Source of the DNA: Mobula hypostoma
Lineage: Eukaryota
NCBI RefSeq assembly: GCF_963921235.1
Contig: NC_086097.1
Span: 11,532,001-11,596,000 of the forward strand
Direction: 5' to 3'
Length of the DNA stretch: 64,000 nt
How positions within the stretch are numbered: position 1 is the stretch's first letter; every line of letters begins with the position of its first letter. The position numbers and the translations under genes were made by a program. This document shows positions 39,490 to 50,882 of the stretch, one piece after another. Below the pieces are notes generated by a model, which ran no database searches, had not been told where the DNA came from, and saw only the letters and a list, made by a program, of their open reading frames with translations.

Positions 39490-40260
39490 ATCAGAGGTGC
39501 AGAGGTCAGCAACTTTAAATTCCTTGGTGTTATCATTTCAGAGAATCTGTCCTGAGCCCAGCACGTAAGTGCAATTATGAAGAAACCACAGCAGTGCCTT
39601 TACTTCCTTAGAAGTTTGCAAAGATTCAGATTGACATCTAAAACTTTGTCAAACTTTGTGTAGTGGAGAGTATCTTGACTGGTTGCATCACAGCCTGGTA
39701 TGGAAACACCAATGCTCTTGAATGGAAAATCCTATAAAAAGTAGTGGATACAGCCCAGTCCATTATGGCTAAAGCCCTCCCCATCGCTGAGGCGGCTCTA
39801 CCTAATTTCTGATGGCAGCAGCAAGAAGAGAGCATGACCTGGGTGGTGGGGGGGGTCCGTGATGATAGATGCTGCTTTCTTGCTAGGTTCATTACAGTTA
39901 GTACCCCTTACCAACAGGCTCCCAAACCTGTGAGGATAACTTCACTCAACTTCACATGCCCAATCACTGAACTATTCCCACAGACTATGGACTCACTTTC
40001 AATGGCTCTTCATCTCCTGTTCTAGATATTTATTGCTTATTTAATTTTTATTATTATTTTTGTTTTCTTCTGTATTTGCAGAGTTTGTTGCTTTTTGCAT
40101 ATTGGCTGTTTGTCTATCCCGTTTGATGCGGTCTTTCATTGATTTTACTGAGTTGCTTGGATTGACTGAGTTTGCCCGCAAGAAAACTAATCTCAGGATG
40201 GTATATGGTGACGTGTATATACTTTGTAATAAATTTACTTTGAATTTTGAACTTCAAACT
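39490..40260 (+). mobile_element. Rex1/Babar fragments (rearranged)
   Basis: FKFLGVII, ESILTGCITAWYGNTNA, family 3' tail. Confidence 0.8.
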
Positions 40261-40807
40261 TTAAAGAATGGTGGGAATCATACAAGAGAGCAGCAAAAAA
40301 ACCACAATCCCACACCATACTCTGACTTTGCTCTGACTTCTCATCTCCTTTTCCAGTCCTGATGAAGGGTAGAGTGTTTACTTGTTTCAATTGATGCTGC
40401 CAGGCCTGCTGAGATCCTCTAGCATTTTGTGTGAGTTGCTTGAATTTGCAGTACTTGAAGATTTCTCTTGTTTATCCCACATCATGTATAGTGTCTGCCT
40501 ATTCTGTAACCATTAGGCAAGAGCTTCATCTACAGCTCGTTGTTGTCTTTATGTCAAGTATAGCAGCACAATAATTTCCTCCATTTGTTTTTTAACTGGT
40601 TTATTTGACTGTAAAGTTGCTATAGGTCCCCTGCTTTTTATTTATAAAGCAAGACTTCCTGGGCCATGTTTAGTTCTGATCATTTGCGGATGCTTTAATA
40701 GAATTTTTTAAAATTTATTGTATGCATACTTACAAGCCATGCTTTCTCATTTATTACTGCTTGGATGACATGTTGACTGAATCGTCTCTTTTTTTTTCTT
40801 CTGTCAG

Positions 40808-40890
40808 AAGTCTAGCCATGTGTTGTGCATGAACCATTTGGTTGGATTGAAGACTCGGAAAAGCAGTTATGTAGTGTTCAGTCGACAGAG
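40808..40890 (+). other. Candidate isolated exon (83 nt)
   Basis: Strong acceptor tctctttttttttcttctgtcAG and donor AG|GTAATT; one open frame KSSHVLCMNHLVGLKTRKSSYVVFSRQ. Confidence 0.3.
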
Positions 40891-41604
40891 GTAATTTACT
40901 GGGAAGAATATTGATGAAATTACATCTTGATAGGGCAATTTGAAAGCAGGGTGAAAAATTATGTGACCTTGAGTCTGATAACATTGAGTACATTCTCATA
41001 TGCTGGAATCCTGCCTTCCTCTTGTCAGGTACATCACTTTTTATTGTTTTATCTCTTTATGACAGAGAGTGGAGGATAAATGGAACACCAGAGTTCATTC
41101 ACTCTTTACTCTTTAACAGAAATGGACTATGCTGAGTGACCTTTTCGGTTCAATCGAATTGGACTGACTGAGGAGTTGCAATAATTAAATCCTCCGGGGA
41201 CTGTGTGAACATTTCTAGACCATGTCCAAAAATGACAGGCTCAATTTTTTTTCCAGTTTATTCAAGAAACAGCGATTAAGTGCGTAGTATCCCTTTACAC
41301 AGCCTGTCTTTTTTATAAGGTCGTACACTGCAGTTTCCCTTCACAACACCTGAAATTCCATCTCAGGTTTAACACCTCAGAATTCATTTCCAAAAATTGT
41401 TACTTCAGATATTTTAATTTGCAATGACGATGTTCTGATTCTCTTTGTTTAAGCTGTTTTCTCGCACGAAGTACGACCCGACAGAAGGTAATAAAAACTG
41501 CTGAGAGGGTCACAGGGGTCTTCCTCCCTCGATATGTGATATTTTCTTGGAGAGTTGTGCACAGAAGGCCCAAAGCATTGTTAAGGATCCAAACAACCCA
41601 TCCC

Positions 41605-42044
41605 TGTATATTGGAAGCAGGTTCACAGGTTTGGTGAGTGAGATGGAAAATACTGACTACGAATAAACATATGAATCGTTTATTTACAAAAAGTAAAAGA
41701 TTTAACCAAGCATGTGCTGTAAGTTCTCCCAAGTTACACAAACTACAAAACTAAATATTCAACAAACAGATACCTAGCTATCATGCGTGCGGAGTGTACC
41801 TTCCCAATGGTCTGTGAAGCGTGCCCTTGGGGCAAAAGGAAGCAGAGAGCAGGCCTCCAGCACGTCCTATTCTTATACCCAGGGCGTTTGAAACTGGACA
41901 CCAGAGCTGTACCACTCAAAGCAACCGATGGCAAAAAGATAGATTTCTTTAGGTTTCAAACTATAGATTTCAAACAGGCCAAACAACGACTGACATGGCG
42001 GAAGTGGCTTTTGACTGGCAAACAAGCCATACCCTCACTTGACA
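41605..42044 (-). mobile_element. Solo LTR, 440 bp, inserted in a Rex1-type fragment (41480-42295)
   Basis: TGT...ACA termini with perfect 5-bp TSD ATCCC (41600-41604, 42045-42049). Minus-strand TATAA at 41873-41877 and AATAAA at 41679-41684. Confidence 0.85.
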
Positions 42045-42589
42045 ATCCCCCAATCTCCTTGAAGGAGGTACAGGAGCATCAGGATTAGGAAATGACAGAC
42101 TGGGTAACAGCTTCTTCCCTCAGGCTGTGAGATTAATGAATACTCTGCCACCACCGCCATCTTGTCTCTAGGACAGCAAGCTGTTTACTGTACTGTTTAC
42201 CTGTGCTGCACACTACATCCATTTTGAAATATATTTCATTACGTCATTTTATTTGTTTCTGCAGACGGATGACGAAAAAACTTGAACTTGAACTTTGGAA
42301 AATATTCCAACTCTTTCTTGTTGTGGTTGATTGGATATTTGTCAAGAAGTTTGATTTCATCTCTACCACTGCAAAATAACATTAAAGATATACAACGAGA
42401 CATAACAGAAATATATCATTATTTTTTATTTTGCCATTTCAGCTAGTGACTCCTTGCCATTTCTTTCTAGAAGGTAATGTGCCTTCAATGATCCCAAAGT
42501 TCAAAGTATATTTATTATCAAAGAATGTATACATTATGCAACCTTGTGATTTGTCAAAACAAAGAAACTCAATAGAACCTATTATAAAC

Positions 42590-43160
42590 CTTTGACTGTC
42601 TTCTATAGATGTGTGGTGGAAAGTGTGCTGACTGGCTGCATTACGGCCTAGTATGGGAATACCAATGCCTTTGAGTGGAAAATCTGACAAAAGATAGTAG
42701 ATTCAGCCCAGTACATCACCGGTAAAGCACTCCCAACCATTGAGACATTCCTGTAGAAAAGCAGCATCCATCATCAAAGATCCTCACCATCCAGGCCATG
42801 CTCCTTTCTTGCTGCTGCCATCAGGTAGAAGGTAGAAGTGCCTCGGGACTCCTGCCACCAGGTTAAAGAAGAGTTACTACCTCTCAACCAACAGGCTCTT
42901 GAACAAAAGGGAATAACTACACTCTTTCTATTTCTGGTGCTCTTACAATCGATGATCTCAATTTAAGGACTCTTTATCTCGTTATTCCAAGTTCTCATTA
43001 TTTATTGCTATTTATTTATATTTGCATTTGCACAGTTTGTTGTTCATTAATTCTGTCTACAGTTACTGTTCTATAGATCTGCTAAGTATGCCAGTAGGAA
43101 AAAGAAATTCATGATTGCATGTGGTGACATGTATGTACTCTATAATAAAATTTACTTTGA
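42590..43160 (+). mobile_element. Rex1/Babar 3' fragment
   Basis: FYRCVVESVLTGCITA, IIKDPHHPGHA, LLPSGRR; family tail. Confidence 0.8.
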
Positions 43161-43734
43161 CCCTTATGAAAAGAAGACTGTCAAACACCATATGTGCGGA
43201 TAGAAAAAAAGAACATATCATGCAAACAATGAAAGTAAGCGATTAGCATTCAGAACGAAAGAGAAGCTGGAGCAGGTCACAACCTCAGTTCAGTGCAAAG
43301 CCGAGTAAACATCATGGAGCAGCGAGCAGAACCGACCTCTTGTCCCAACACCCTGTCTTTTCAATCTGGCCTGGTGTTTAAATCGTCCAAACATCCGGTA
43401 ATTCCTCACTCTAGGAACTGAGTTCTGTTGCTTCAATATGCTCTGAACCTGGATCCTACTGCCACGTTTCGACCTGTGCCCAACCTATCCAAACTGGCTA
43501 GGTGCTCGGATTGATCAAACCTTGAGTCTTTCCTTGCTCTCCATTCTGGTGGACACGATACGTCTTGATATTGCCTTGACCTCACCTCCAGTTGCCTTGA
43601 CATCACTTGTGGTGACCTTTTGCCAGATATTTTACCAGAAATTTACCAGAAATTTTATCAAGCCCAATGCTCCACCAACCATATGTCTTTCTAATGTAGC
43701 AAGCTGTCTGAGGCATTTCACGGGAGAGTCATGA

Positions 43735-44230
43735 AATCTGAATCAGGCTTCGTATCACCAGCATACGTCATGAAATGTGCTGTTTTGCAGCAGAAGTACA
43801 GTGCAATTCATAATAGTAAAAATAGCTATAAATTACAATAATAAATATATTATAAAAATTAAATTAAATAGGAAGTGCAAAAAGTGATCAAAAAATGAGG
43901 AGGTAGTGTACATGGGTTCATTGTCCATTGAGAAATCTGATGGTGGAGGGAAAAAAGCTGTTCCTGAGACACTGAGAGTGTGCCTTCAGGCTCTTCTACC
44001 TCTATCTTGATGGTAGCAATGGGAAGAGGGCATGTCCTGGGTGATGGGGATCTTTAATGATGGATGCCACCTTTTTGGGGCATCGCCTTCTAAGATGTCC
44101 TCGATGCTGAGAAGGCTAGTGCCTAAGATGGAGACGGCTGGGTTTGCAATATCCTACAGCTTTTTCCGATCCTGTGCAAATGTCTTCTATAGCAGATGGT
44201 GACGCAACCAGTTAGAATGTATTCCCTGAT
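43735..44230 (-). mobile_element. Rex1/Babar 3' fragment
   Basis: Same subfamily as 50883-52288. Confidence 0.75.
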
Positions 44231-44699
44231 ATGAAGTGAGACAGGGGCTACCAAAGAACTAGGTTATTCTGTTATCCTGCTCTATATTCTGTTACTGTTT
44301 TTCTGCTCTACTACTACAATGTACTTACGTTGTGAAATGATCTGTATGGATGGCACACAAAACTAAAGTTTTCAGTTTCTCTGTACGTGTGACACGAATA
44401 AACCAATTTGAAGAGTAAGGTTTTAGGTGTTTCTGGAAAGGAGAAAGGCTGTTTTAAAAAAAATTAAGCAAGGACTTCTTGAGCATAGTAATTAGTTGAA
44501 GGGGTGCAACCAACAGTGGGAGCTAAAGGGAGTGTTCAGCTTCCTTCCAGAATTGGAAGGGCATGAATACACTGGAGGCTGGTAGAGATTCGAGAGAGGA
44601 AGGGGGAAAGCAGAATTTTGATTTTATAACAAGGGTGAGAATTTTTTAATCATAATTTAACTGAGTTGGAAGTCTCATGAACATGGAAATGAGTAAGAT

Positions 44700-44950
44700 T
44701 TTTTTATTATTTAGAAATATGGTACAGTGACACGCCCTTCTGGCCAAATTAGACTGCACCATCCAATTACACGCCGGGTGACCAATTAACCTACTAACCT
44801 CTAGATCTTTGGACTGTGGGAGGAAACCAGAGCACTGCACAGAGTCATGCAGAGAACATACAAACTCCTTTCAGACACTGGAGGGAATTGAGCACGGGTT
44901 GCTAGCGCTGTAATAGGATTATGCTAACTGATCTGCTACCATGCTGCCCA
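44700..44950 (-). mobile_element. tRNA-derived SINE
   Basis: Similar to 20869-21183. Confidence 0.65.
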
Positions 44951-45316
44951 ATGGGATGCATGTTTGGACAGGGACAGTAGCTTTTGATGACTTCAACTCT
45001 ATAGAGGTGGAAAATTGGAACTTTGCCCAAATGCCATTACATATGTAAAAGCGTAAACCGCATATTACAAAAAAGCTAATATGATCAAGGTGGTAGAGCA
45101 AAAGAACAGAGGCTGATGTTGTCCTTGGCCCATTTCTGAGCACAGCAGGGAAAACCCTGCAGTGACTGTGACAGATTAACTTCCAGTTAACCAAGTTTTC
45201 AAGGCCAACTACAGAATACTTTCTTCCATCTTCGTTAATCAGAGTTTTTGTCAACTACTCAATGTACAAGTAAATCAAAACTTTATTTCCTATAAGGACT
45301 TCATTATGTTTTTAAG

Positions 45317-45396
45317 CAAAGGTTCCCAACTGTTTTTTTGTCCTGATCCAATACCATTAAGCAAGGGGTTCTTGGATCCTAGGTAGGGAATCTCTG
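45317..45396. mobile_element. 80-bp hAT-type MITE
   Basis: TIRs caaaggttcccaac / gtagggaatctctg; 8-bp flanks tttttaag / ttctaaag. Inverted relative of 50740-50819. Confidence 0.65.
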
Positions 45397-46654
45397 TTCT
45401 AAAGGGTGGTGAATCCGAGGAGGCTAAGTCATTGGGTATATTTAAAGCGGAGGTTGATAGGTTCTTAATTAATCAGTGTGTCAAGGTTACAGGGAGGAGA
45501 AAGAAGAATACGGTTGAGACAGATAATAGATCAGCCATAATAGAATGGTGGAGCAAATTCGATCTGCTGAATGGCCAAATTATGTTCCTATGTGGTGTTA
45601 TGTTCAGAACATCCATATTGGATTTTTAAGCAATGACTTCCTTTTGTTTCTTAACGGTGACTTCCTCTCTTCCATCTGGAGTCCAGAGGACAGGTTTTGA
45701 CTGGCAACATCAACTGTCCATTTTCCTCCACAGATGCTAGCTGACCCATTGAGTTGCTACAGTAGCTGCAGATTCCAGTATCTGCAATCTCGTTTTTCTG
45801 TATGCTCCCCTTTCCCATGACTGACAGAACAGGCAACTGCATCTTCTCAATTGCACACTCCTCCCCATCTCAACTTTTCATCCTGGCTTGACCAAAGATA
45901 GGGTTTCCCTGGTCCCTGTCTTCATGTTCATTGGATCCTCTCATAATTTCTGTCACCTTCAATGGGCAGCAACCACCATACAATATTGTATTATATAGTA
46001 CTATACAAATGCCTTAAGTGCATACATGTAGCTAGGGTGGCTAAAACTTTTACACATACTGTAGGAATTTTATGTATTGCACTGTTCTGATGTCACACAA
46101 ACAAAAAAACAAATTTCATGATATATGTGAGTGATGATAAACCTGATTCTGATATGGGTCTTTATTGTGGACTGAGAGTGGGAAGGGGGCAGGGAGAGGG
46201 GAATCATGGTTGGGAAAAGGGAAATGGAAAGAGGAGGGAATGGGAAGCACCAGAGAGACATTCTGTAATGAACAATAAACCATTTGTATGGAATCAAATG
46301 ACCTTGCCTGGTGTCTCAGGCTGGGTGTGTCTGCACCTATGCCACCCTCTCACACCTGTCCCAAATCCCTCCCACGGAAATCCACCATCACCATTCCCAA
46401 GATCCTTTGCTCACCAACACTCATCAAAAGGGAGGAACACCACATGAGGCAGAGAGGCCTACCCACCTGCCACAGCGATAGATCACTCACGCATTCCTTC
46501 TCCAGTAGCAGAACGTCGACTGCACCTCTTCCTAGAGATGCTGCCTGGCCTGCTGCATTCACCAGCAACTTTTATGTGTGTTGCTTGAATTTCCAGCATC
46601 TGCAGAATTCCTGTTGTTTACATTGGAAGAGTGTTGATTTTATTTATTTCATTA

Positions 46655-46920
46655 TTTTATTTAGAGATACAGCACGGAACAGGCCTTCTGGACTTTCAAG
46701 CTTTGTTGGGTAGCAGTCCTATTTAACCATAGCATAATCACAGGAAAATTTACAATAACCAGTTAAGTTGCTAACCAGCACATCTTAGAACTCTGGGAGG
46801 TAACTGGAGCACCATACGTGCTCAAAGGAAAGATACACAAACTTCTTACAGAGGCCACCGGAATTGAACTCTGAATTCTGAACTCTAATAGCGTTGCACT
46901 ATCCACTAAGTTACCATTGA
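46655..46920 (-). mobile_element. tRNA-derived SINE
   Basis: Similar to 20869-21183; B-box-like ggaattgaactc on the plus strand. Confidence 0.65.
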
Positions 46921-47271
46921 TCCCCGTTCCTATGCTCAGCTTCAGGAGGGAAAATCTTTATTTTGCTGGCAAAGAAAATATCCTCTGGTGTTGAAAACGG
47001 TGATGGTCATCCATTGTATCCGACGATGACAGTGGTTCTTGTGCAGCTCATATGCAATGGACTGGAAGGTGGGTGTGGAATTCAAGTCTTGAGCAGCAAG
47101 CTTGCTGGCAGTGAGGGCAGGGGAACTGTCCGGAGGCAGCTAGAAGAATTGCTGCGGCAGCTTCCCGTCGTTATTAAGCAGCCAGCGGGTCTGCACGATG
47201 CCTCTCCTCAGTTATTGTAGCCTATTGGACTATGGCCTAAACTGTAACTGATTTCCGCTCTGTATCCTTAC

Positions 47272-47310
47272 AGCAACATAGCATTGATTTCTATTAACAT
47301 TTTGTCTAAC
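47272..47310 (-). other. Candidate 39-nt exon of a minus-strand transcript
   Basis: Acceptor gcttttttcccttgtAG and donor CT|GTAAGG; reads VRQNVNRNQCYVA or LDKMLIEINAML. Confidence 0.3.
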
Positions 47311-48977
47311 CTACAAGGGAAAAAAGCATTGATCTTAAGCATGTGCTGTCGTTTTTTCTGAAAGCTCGATAAATTGATATTAATAAAAAGATAAAATAAT
47401 TTTTACCTCCTTTGAGGATGTATATCCAACTAATTCTATTAACTATTCCCATGAGGCAAAAATTCTAACCTCTTCTATCCTGAAGTTGACCATTATTTGA
47501 AATGAGTAAGTAATCAAAAGAATTGACTCTACAAGTCATTCAATTCACTGAAACTTCTCGACAGGAAGACGTGTCACCTCCAGGTTCTTTGGTACCTTTA
47601 GGTTCTTTTGTATGAGGTATACTAAGCTAGTGCATTATCTGCAGGTTATTAAAACAAAATTCTTAGCCTGATAAAGTTGGATCATGAACATGACCAATTT
47701 AGCATTTAATGCAGATGAGAATTATGGTATCTGAAAAGGATTAGGCTATAAAGATGCCAACTAGGCCCTTGGTGCTAATATGTTTCATTAGGTAATATAG
47801 ACCCTGCTTTAAACTAATATATACCGTAATTGGAAATAATATAGTTCTCTTCCATTACATTTTCTCTTTCTGGTCTCAACTACAAAAGCTCCTGAAATGC
47901 CAACTGTCAAAATATTTTCATTGGTACATCATGAGAATATGGCTGTCAGTTAAACCCTAACATTTTGTCTAATACGATTTCAAAGTTTAATGTTGTAACA
48001 TTCATTATTTCCCTCATTCCATGCAAAGTCTTCAAGGAGTTATTCATATACAGTACTTAAAGACCTAGGCATGTGCTGAGTTCCTTATGCAGGTTGACTG
48101 CTGGTGAATGGCCAGGGTGAAGTACTAATCAAATGTAGGAGGGCTAAACTCACCATTCCATATATTATTTTACATGAAGCATTTTATTTTGTAAAAGTAC
48201 TGTTTCTAGCCAATCAATTCTACAAAAGACATTTTCTCCAATAATCTGATTTCAAAAGTTTTCTCAACCAATAGTGAAACACACTAAATGCAACAGGTAT
48301 CATTAATGAAAAGCTCAGATGCCACAAGTCACCTTAGCTACTGTATCTTAGCCACCTTAGTCTACATTCACAGTTAATGTGCACAAGAATGGATAAAGCC
48401 ATCAGGAAACTTGCCTAATCAATGCTCATTACTAGTGAATATCTAAATGGACTGGACAGGAAAATCTAAATTTCAAGTTCAAGTTCAAATTTATTGTCAT
48501 TCAGCCGAATACATGTATATCGCCAAATGAAACAATGTCCTCTGGATGAAGGTGAACAGCACACTACGTAGAACTCGCACACAACACATTCTGACAACAT
48601 TTAAAATGTGAACAGTATAATGCTACTGGCACCTCATGCATGGTGAGACCTGGATGGTGGCAGGGGATCCAGTCTGAGAGAAGAAGCTGTTCCCCATCCC
48701 AAGAGTCCTTGTCCTAATGCTAACGTACCTCCTGCCTAATGGTAGGTGCTACATTTTGTAATTGCAAAACATCAAAACTAATTGAAATAAAAACATGGAG
48801 CCAGGAATAATGTGTCTAACTTTATTTTTACATTTAGCGAGGTATGTCCGTATGATTCGGTGGCATGAGGATGTGTGCCATTCATGTACTTTTACATATA
48901 ACCCACAATGAGTTATTTAAATGAACAAATAAGGCTTAATATATTTATAATATTATTCAAACACATATTACTGAAAT

Positions 48978-49530
48978 TTTTTGTGTTCGTCCATCGTTGA
49001 CGTCGATGAGGACCTCGACACCATTATGATGGTGTTGGGACTAGCGCGTCATTTGGATTTAAGTGAGGGAGAGTTGTGCAGTGTCAGCCTCACTCTCTCT
49101 TCCCAATTCCCATCTGGATCCAGTGGCAAGACAGAGTCGAGACGGCTGCAGAGGGGACTAGGCGCAGTGGATGACCAGGACATCTGCTGTGTCTTGTCCT
49201 GCTGTACACGTTCCACGACGCTGGCAGAGACTGCCTTCTTGACTGTTGGACCTTCCATTGGTCTCGGCCGCTCAATCCGCTGGAGTCTGTCTTCACATGC
49301 TGGGATAGACAACTCCGTATCTCACCAGTCGGCTACCCTCACCTGGTTTTTTCGGCTTGTCGAAGCTGTTGCCCGGGGTGTGGCCGCCGTCACATGCAAA
49401 CGGCTACGGGGAGCCACAGGTGAGAGCTGAGTGCCAGGTGGGGACCAAAGGTGGGTCTAACCGCCTTGAAAAGGATACAACATGCTCCCCCACCAGAGGT
49501 GCTACCCCTCCCTGACACCCCATACACCCC
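48978..49530 (-). mobile_element. Non-autonomous non-LTR retroposon (~550 bp), possibly derived from an RTE- or Ingi/Vingi-type LINE
   Basis: TSD CTGAAAT (48971-48977, 49530-49536), short A-tail, GC/CpG-rich structured body, no RT coding; inserted in the Gypsy 3' LTR. Confidence 0.75.
49335..49530 (-). ncRNA. HDV-like self-cleaving ribozyme fold at the element 5' end
   Basis: P1 GGGGUGU/ACACCCC; P2 GCUCUCACCUG/CAGGUGAGGGU; P3 GGC/GCC; L3 UCCCCGU; P1.1 CC/GG; GGGCAACA junction; P4 GCUU-CGAC-AAGC; J4/2 CGAAAAAA. Folded by eye. Confidence 0.7.
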
Positions 49531-49805
49531 TGAAATATTAAACACTCAGAATTCTTCCCTGCTTAGCTATAAACTCCAACTTCATATAGAATGCATCACA
49601 ACTTATATATAATACATATATATAATACAACTACTAGATAGACATCCATAGCATAGTAAATTTTAAATTGACCTTTTAAGGCCTAAAGTTTTAATCACTG
49701 TGTAGGATTTCTTACACTTGTGGGATAACGTCTTTCCAGATAAAAGAGGATCACTCTGCTTGGCAGGTGACTCTTGTGACTTTGAAACAATCTCGGGCTC
49801 TGGGA

Positions 49806-49901
49806 CAACACGCACAAAATTCTGGAGGAACTCAGCAGGTCAGGCAGCATCTATGGAAATGAATAGACAGTCGCCGTTTCAGGCCAAGATCCTTCTTCAG
49901 G
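49806..49901 (-). mobile_element. Short Penelope-associated repeat with hammerhead core, inserted in Gypsy
   Basis: Reverse complement cCUGAAGA-AGG-aucuugg-CCU-GAAAc-ggc-gacug; flanks gctctggg / gttctggg resemble a TSD. Confidence 0.6.
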
Positions 49902-50739
49902 TTCTGGGGCCTTCTCCATGCTGGTTGTAAGAGTTTAATCTGAGCCTTCAGGAAGTGGTTTTGACAGCTTTGGACATCTTTCTTCTGGACATGTTGGTAA
50001 CCCAAACAGTGCATGGCAAGCTGCTTGTTCTGCTGAATCCCAGGCTGCCAGTCAGATCCTTAAACCAATGCTTTCATTCTGACCACACCTTGATGATAAG
50101 CATGTTGCTCTTCTAAAACTTTAGCTCTGGTACAGCAACTTTCAATCCCCATCTAAGGCAACCCTCGTCAAGGGCAAGTTCATCCCGGCTCTGGTAAAAA
50201 TGGAAGAAGTCGAGTTTCTGCGGCATCTTTTAGCCATTTTGGGTAGACCTGAAACAGTGAGGTTTTTTCTGGTTTCCCTTTAGATCCTCTCTGCTGTAAT
50301 GGGGAGATTTTCTATTTGCGTTAGAGAGAATACGTAAAAAGGAGTGTCCACTTTTGTATATTTTTCAAGTATTTGCTTTCCAAGAGTAAATTGGACAATG
50401 CATCAGCATTTCCATGATTAGTTGTCCTTTTGAATTTGACCTTGTAATTGTCAGGGTACAGCGTATGACGTCACTATTTCCTTTAGCTTTAGAAAGCCGC
50501 CTCACACTGCTTTGTCCATTGCCATTTCTTCCTAATCTGTAGTAGTCAGTTCAAGAAGTGTAGCACAGTAGCCAGGTTTGGCAGGAACCTACTATAGTAA
50601 TTGACAAATCCTAAAAAGGACATGACTGTGATACATCCTCTGGTCTTGGGGCACCCACAACTGCTTGAATTTTCACAGAATATTTGTGTAATTTTGTACA
50701 TAAATGCTGTGACCACAGTAAGTGATGCTTGGTTTAAAT

Positions 50740-50819
50740 CAGAGATTCCCAACTAGGGGTCCATGGACCTCTCGGGTAATGGTAGGGGTCCATGACATAA
50801 AAAAGGTTAGGAACCCCTG
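50740..50819. mobile_element. 80-bp hAT-type MITE
   Basis: TIRs cagagattcccaac / gttaggaacccctg; 8-bp TSD gtttaaat / gtttaaag. Confidence 0.75.
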
Positions 50820-50882
50820 GTTTAAAGAATTCACACTTGTTGCTTTGTGCTCTCAGCCAATAATCTTCCAATCTTTTTCATA

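Noticed and set aside
48981..49430. ORFs of 149, 87 and 68 aa in the short retroposon
   Set aside because: No recognisable domains; open frames are expected in GC-rich sequence, and RNA structure explains the region better.
50466..50473. TGACGTCA as a further LTR promoter CRE
   Set aside because: Lies inside Gypsy pol coding sequence (EIVTSY on the minus strand).
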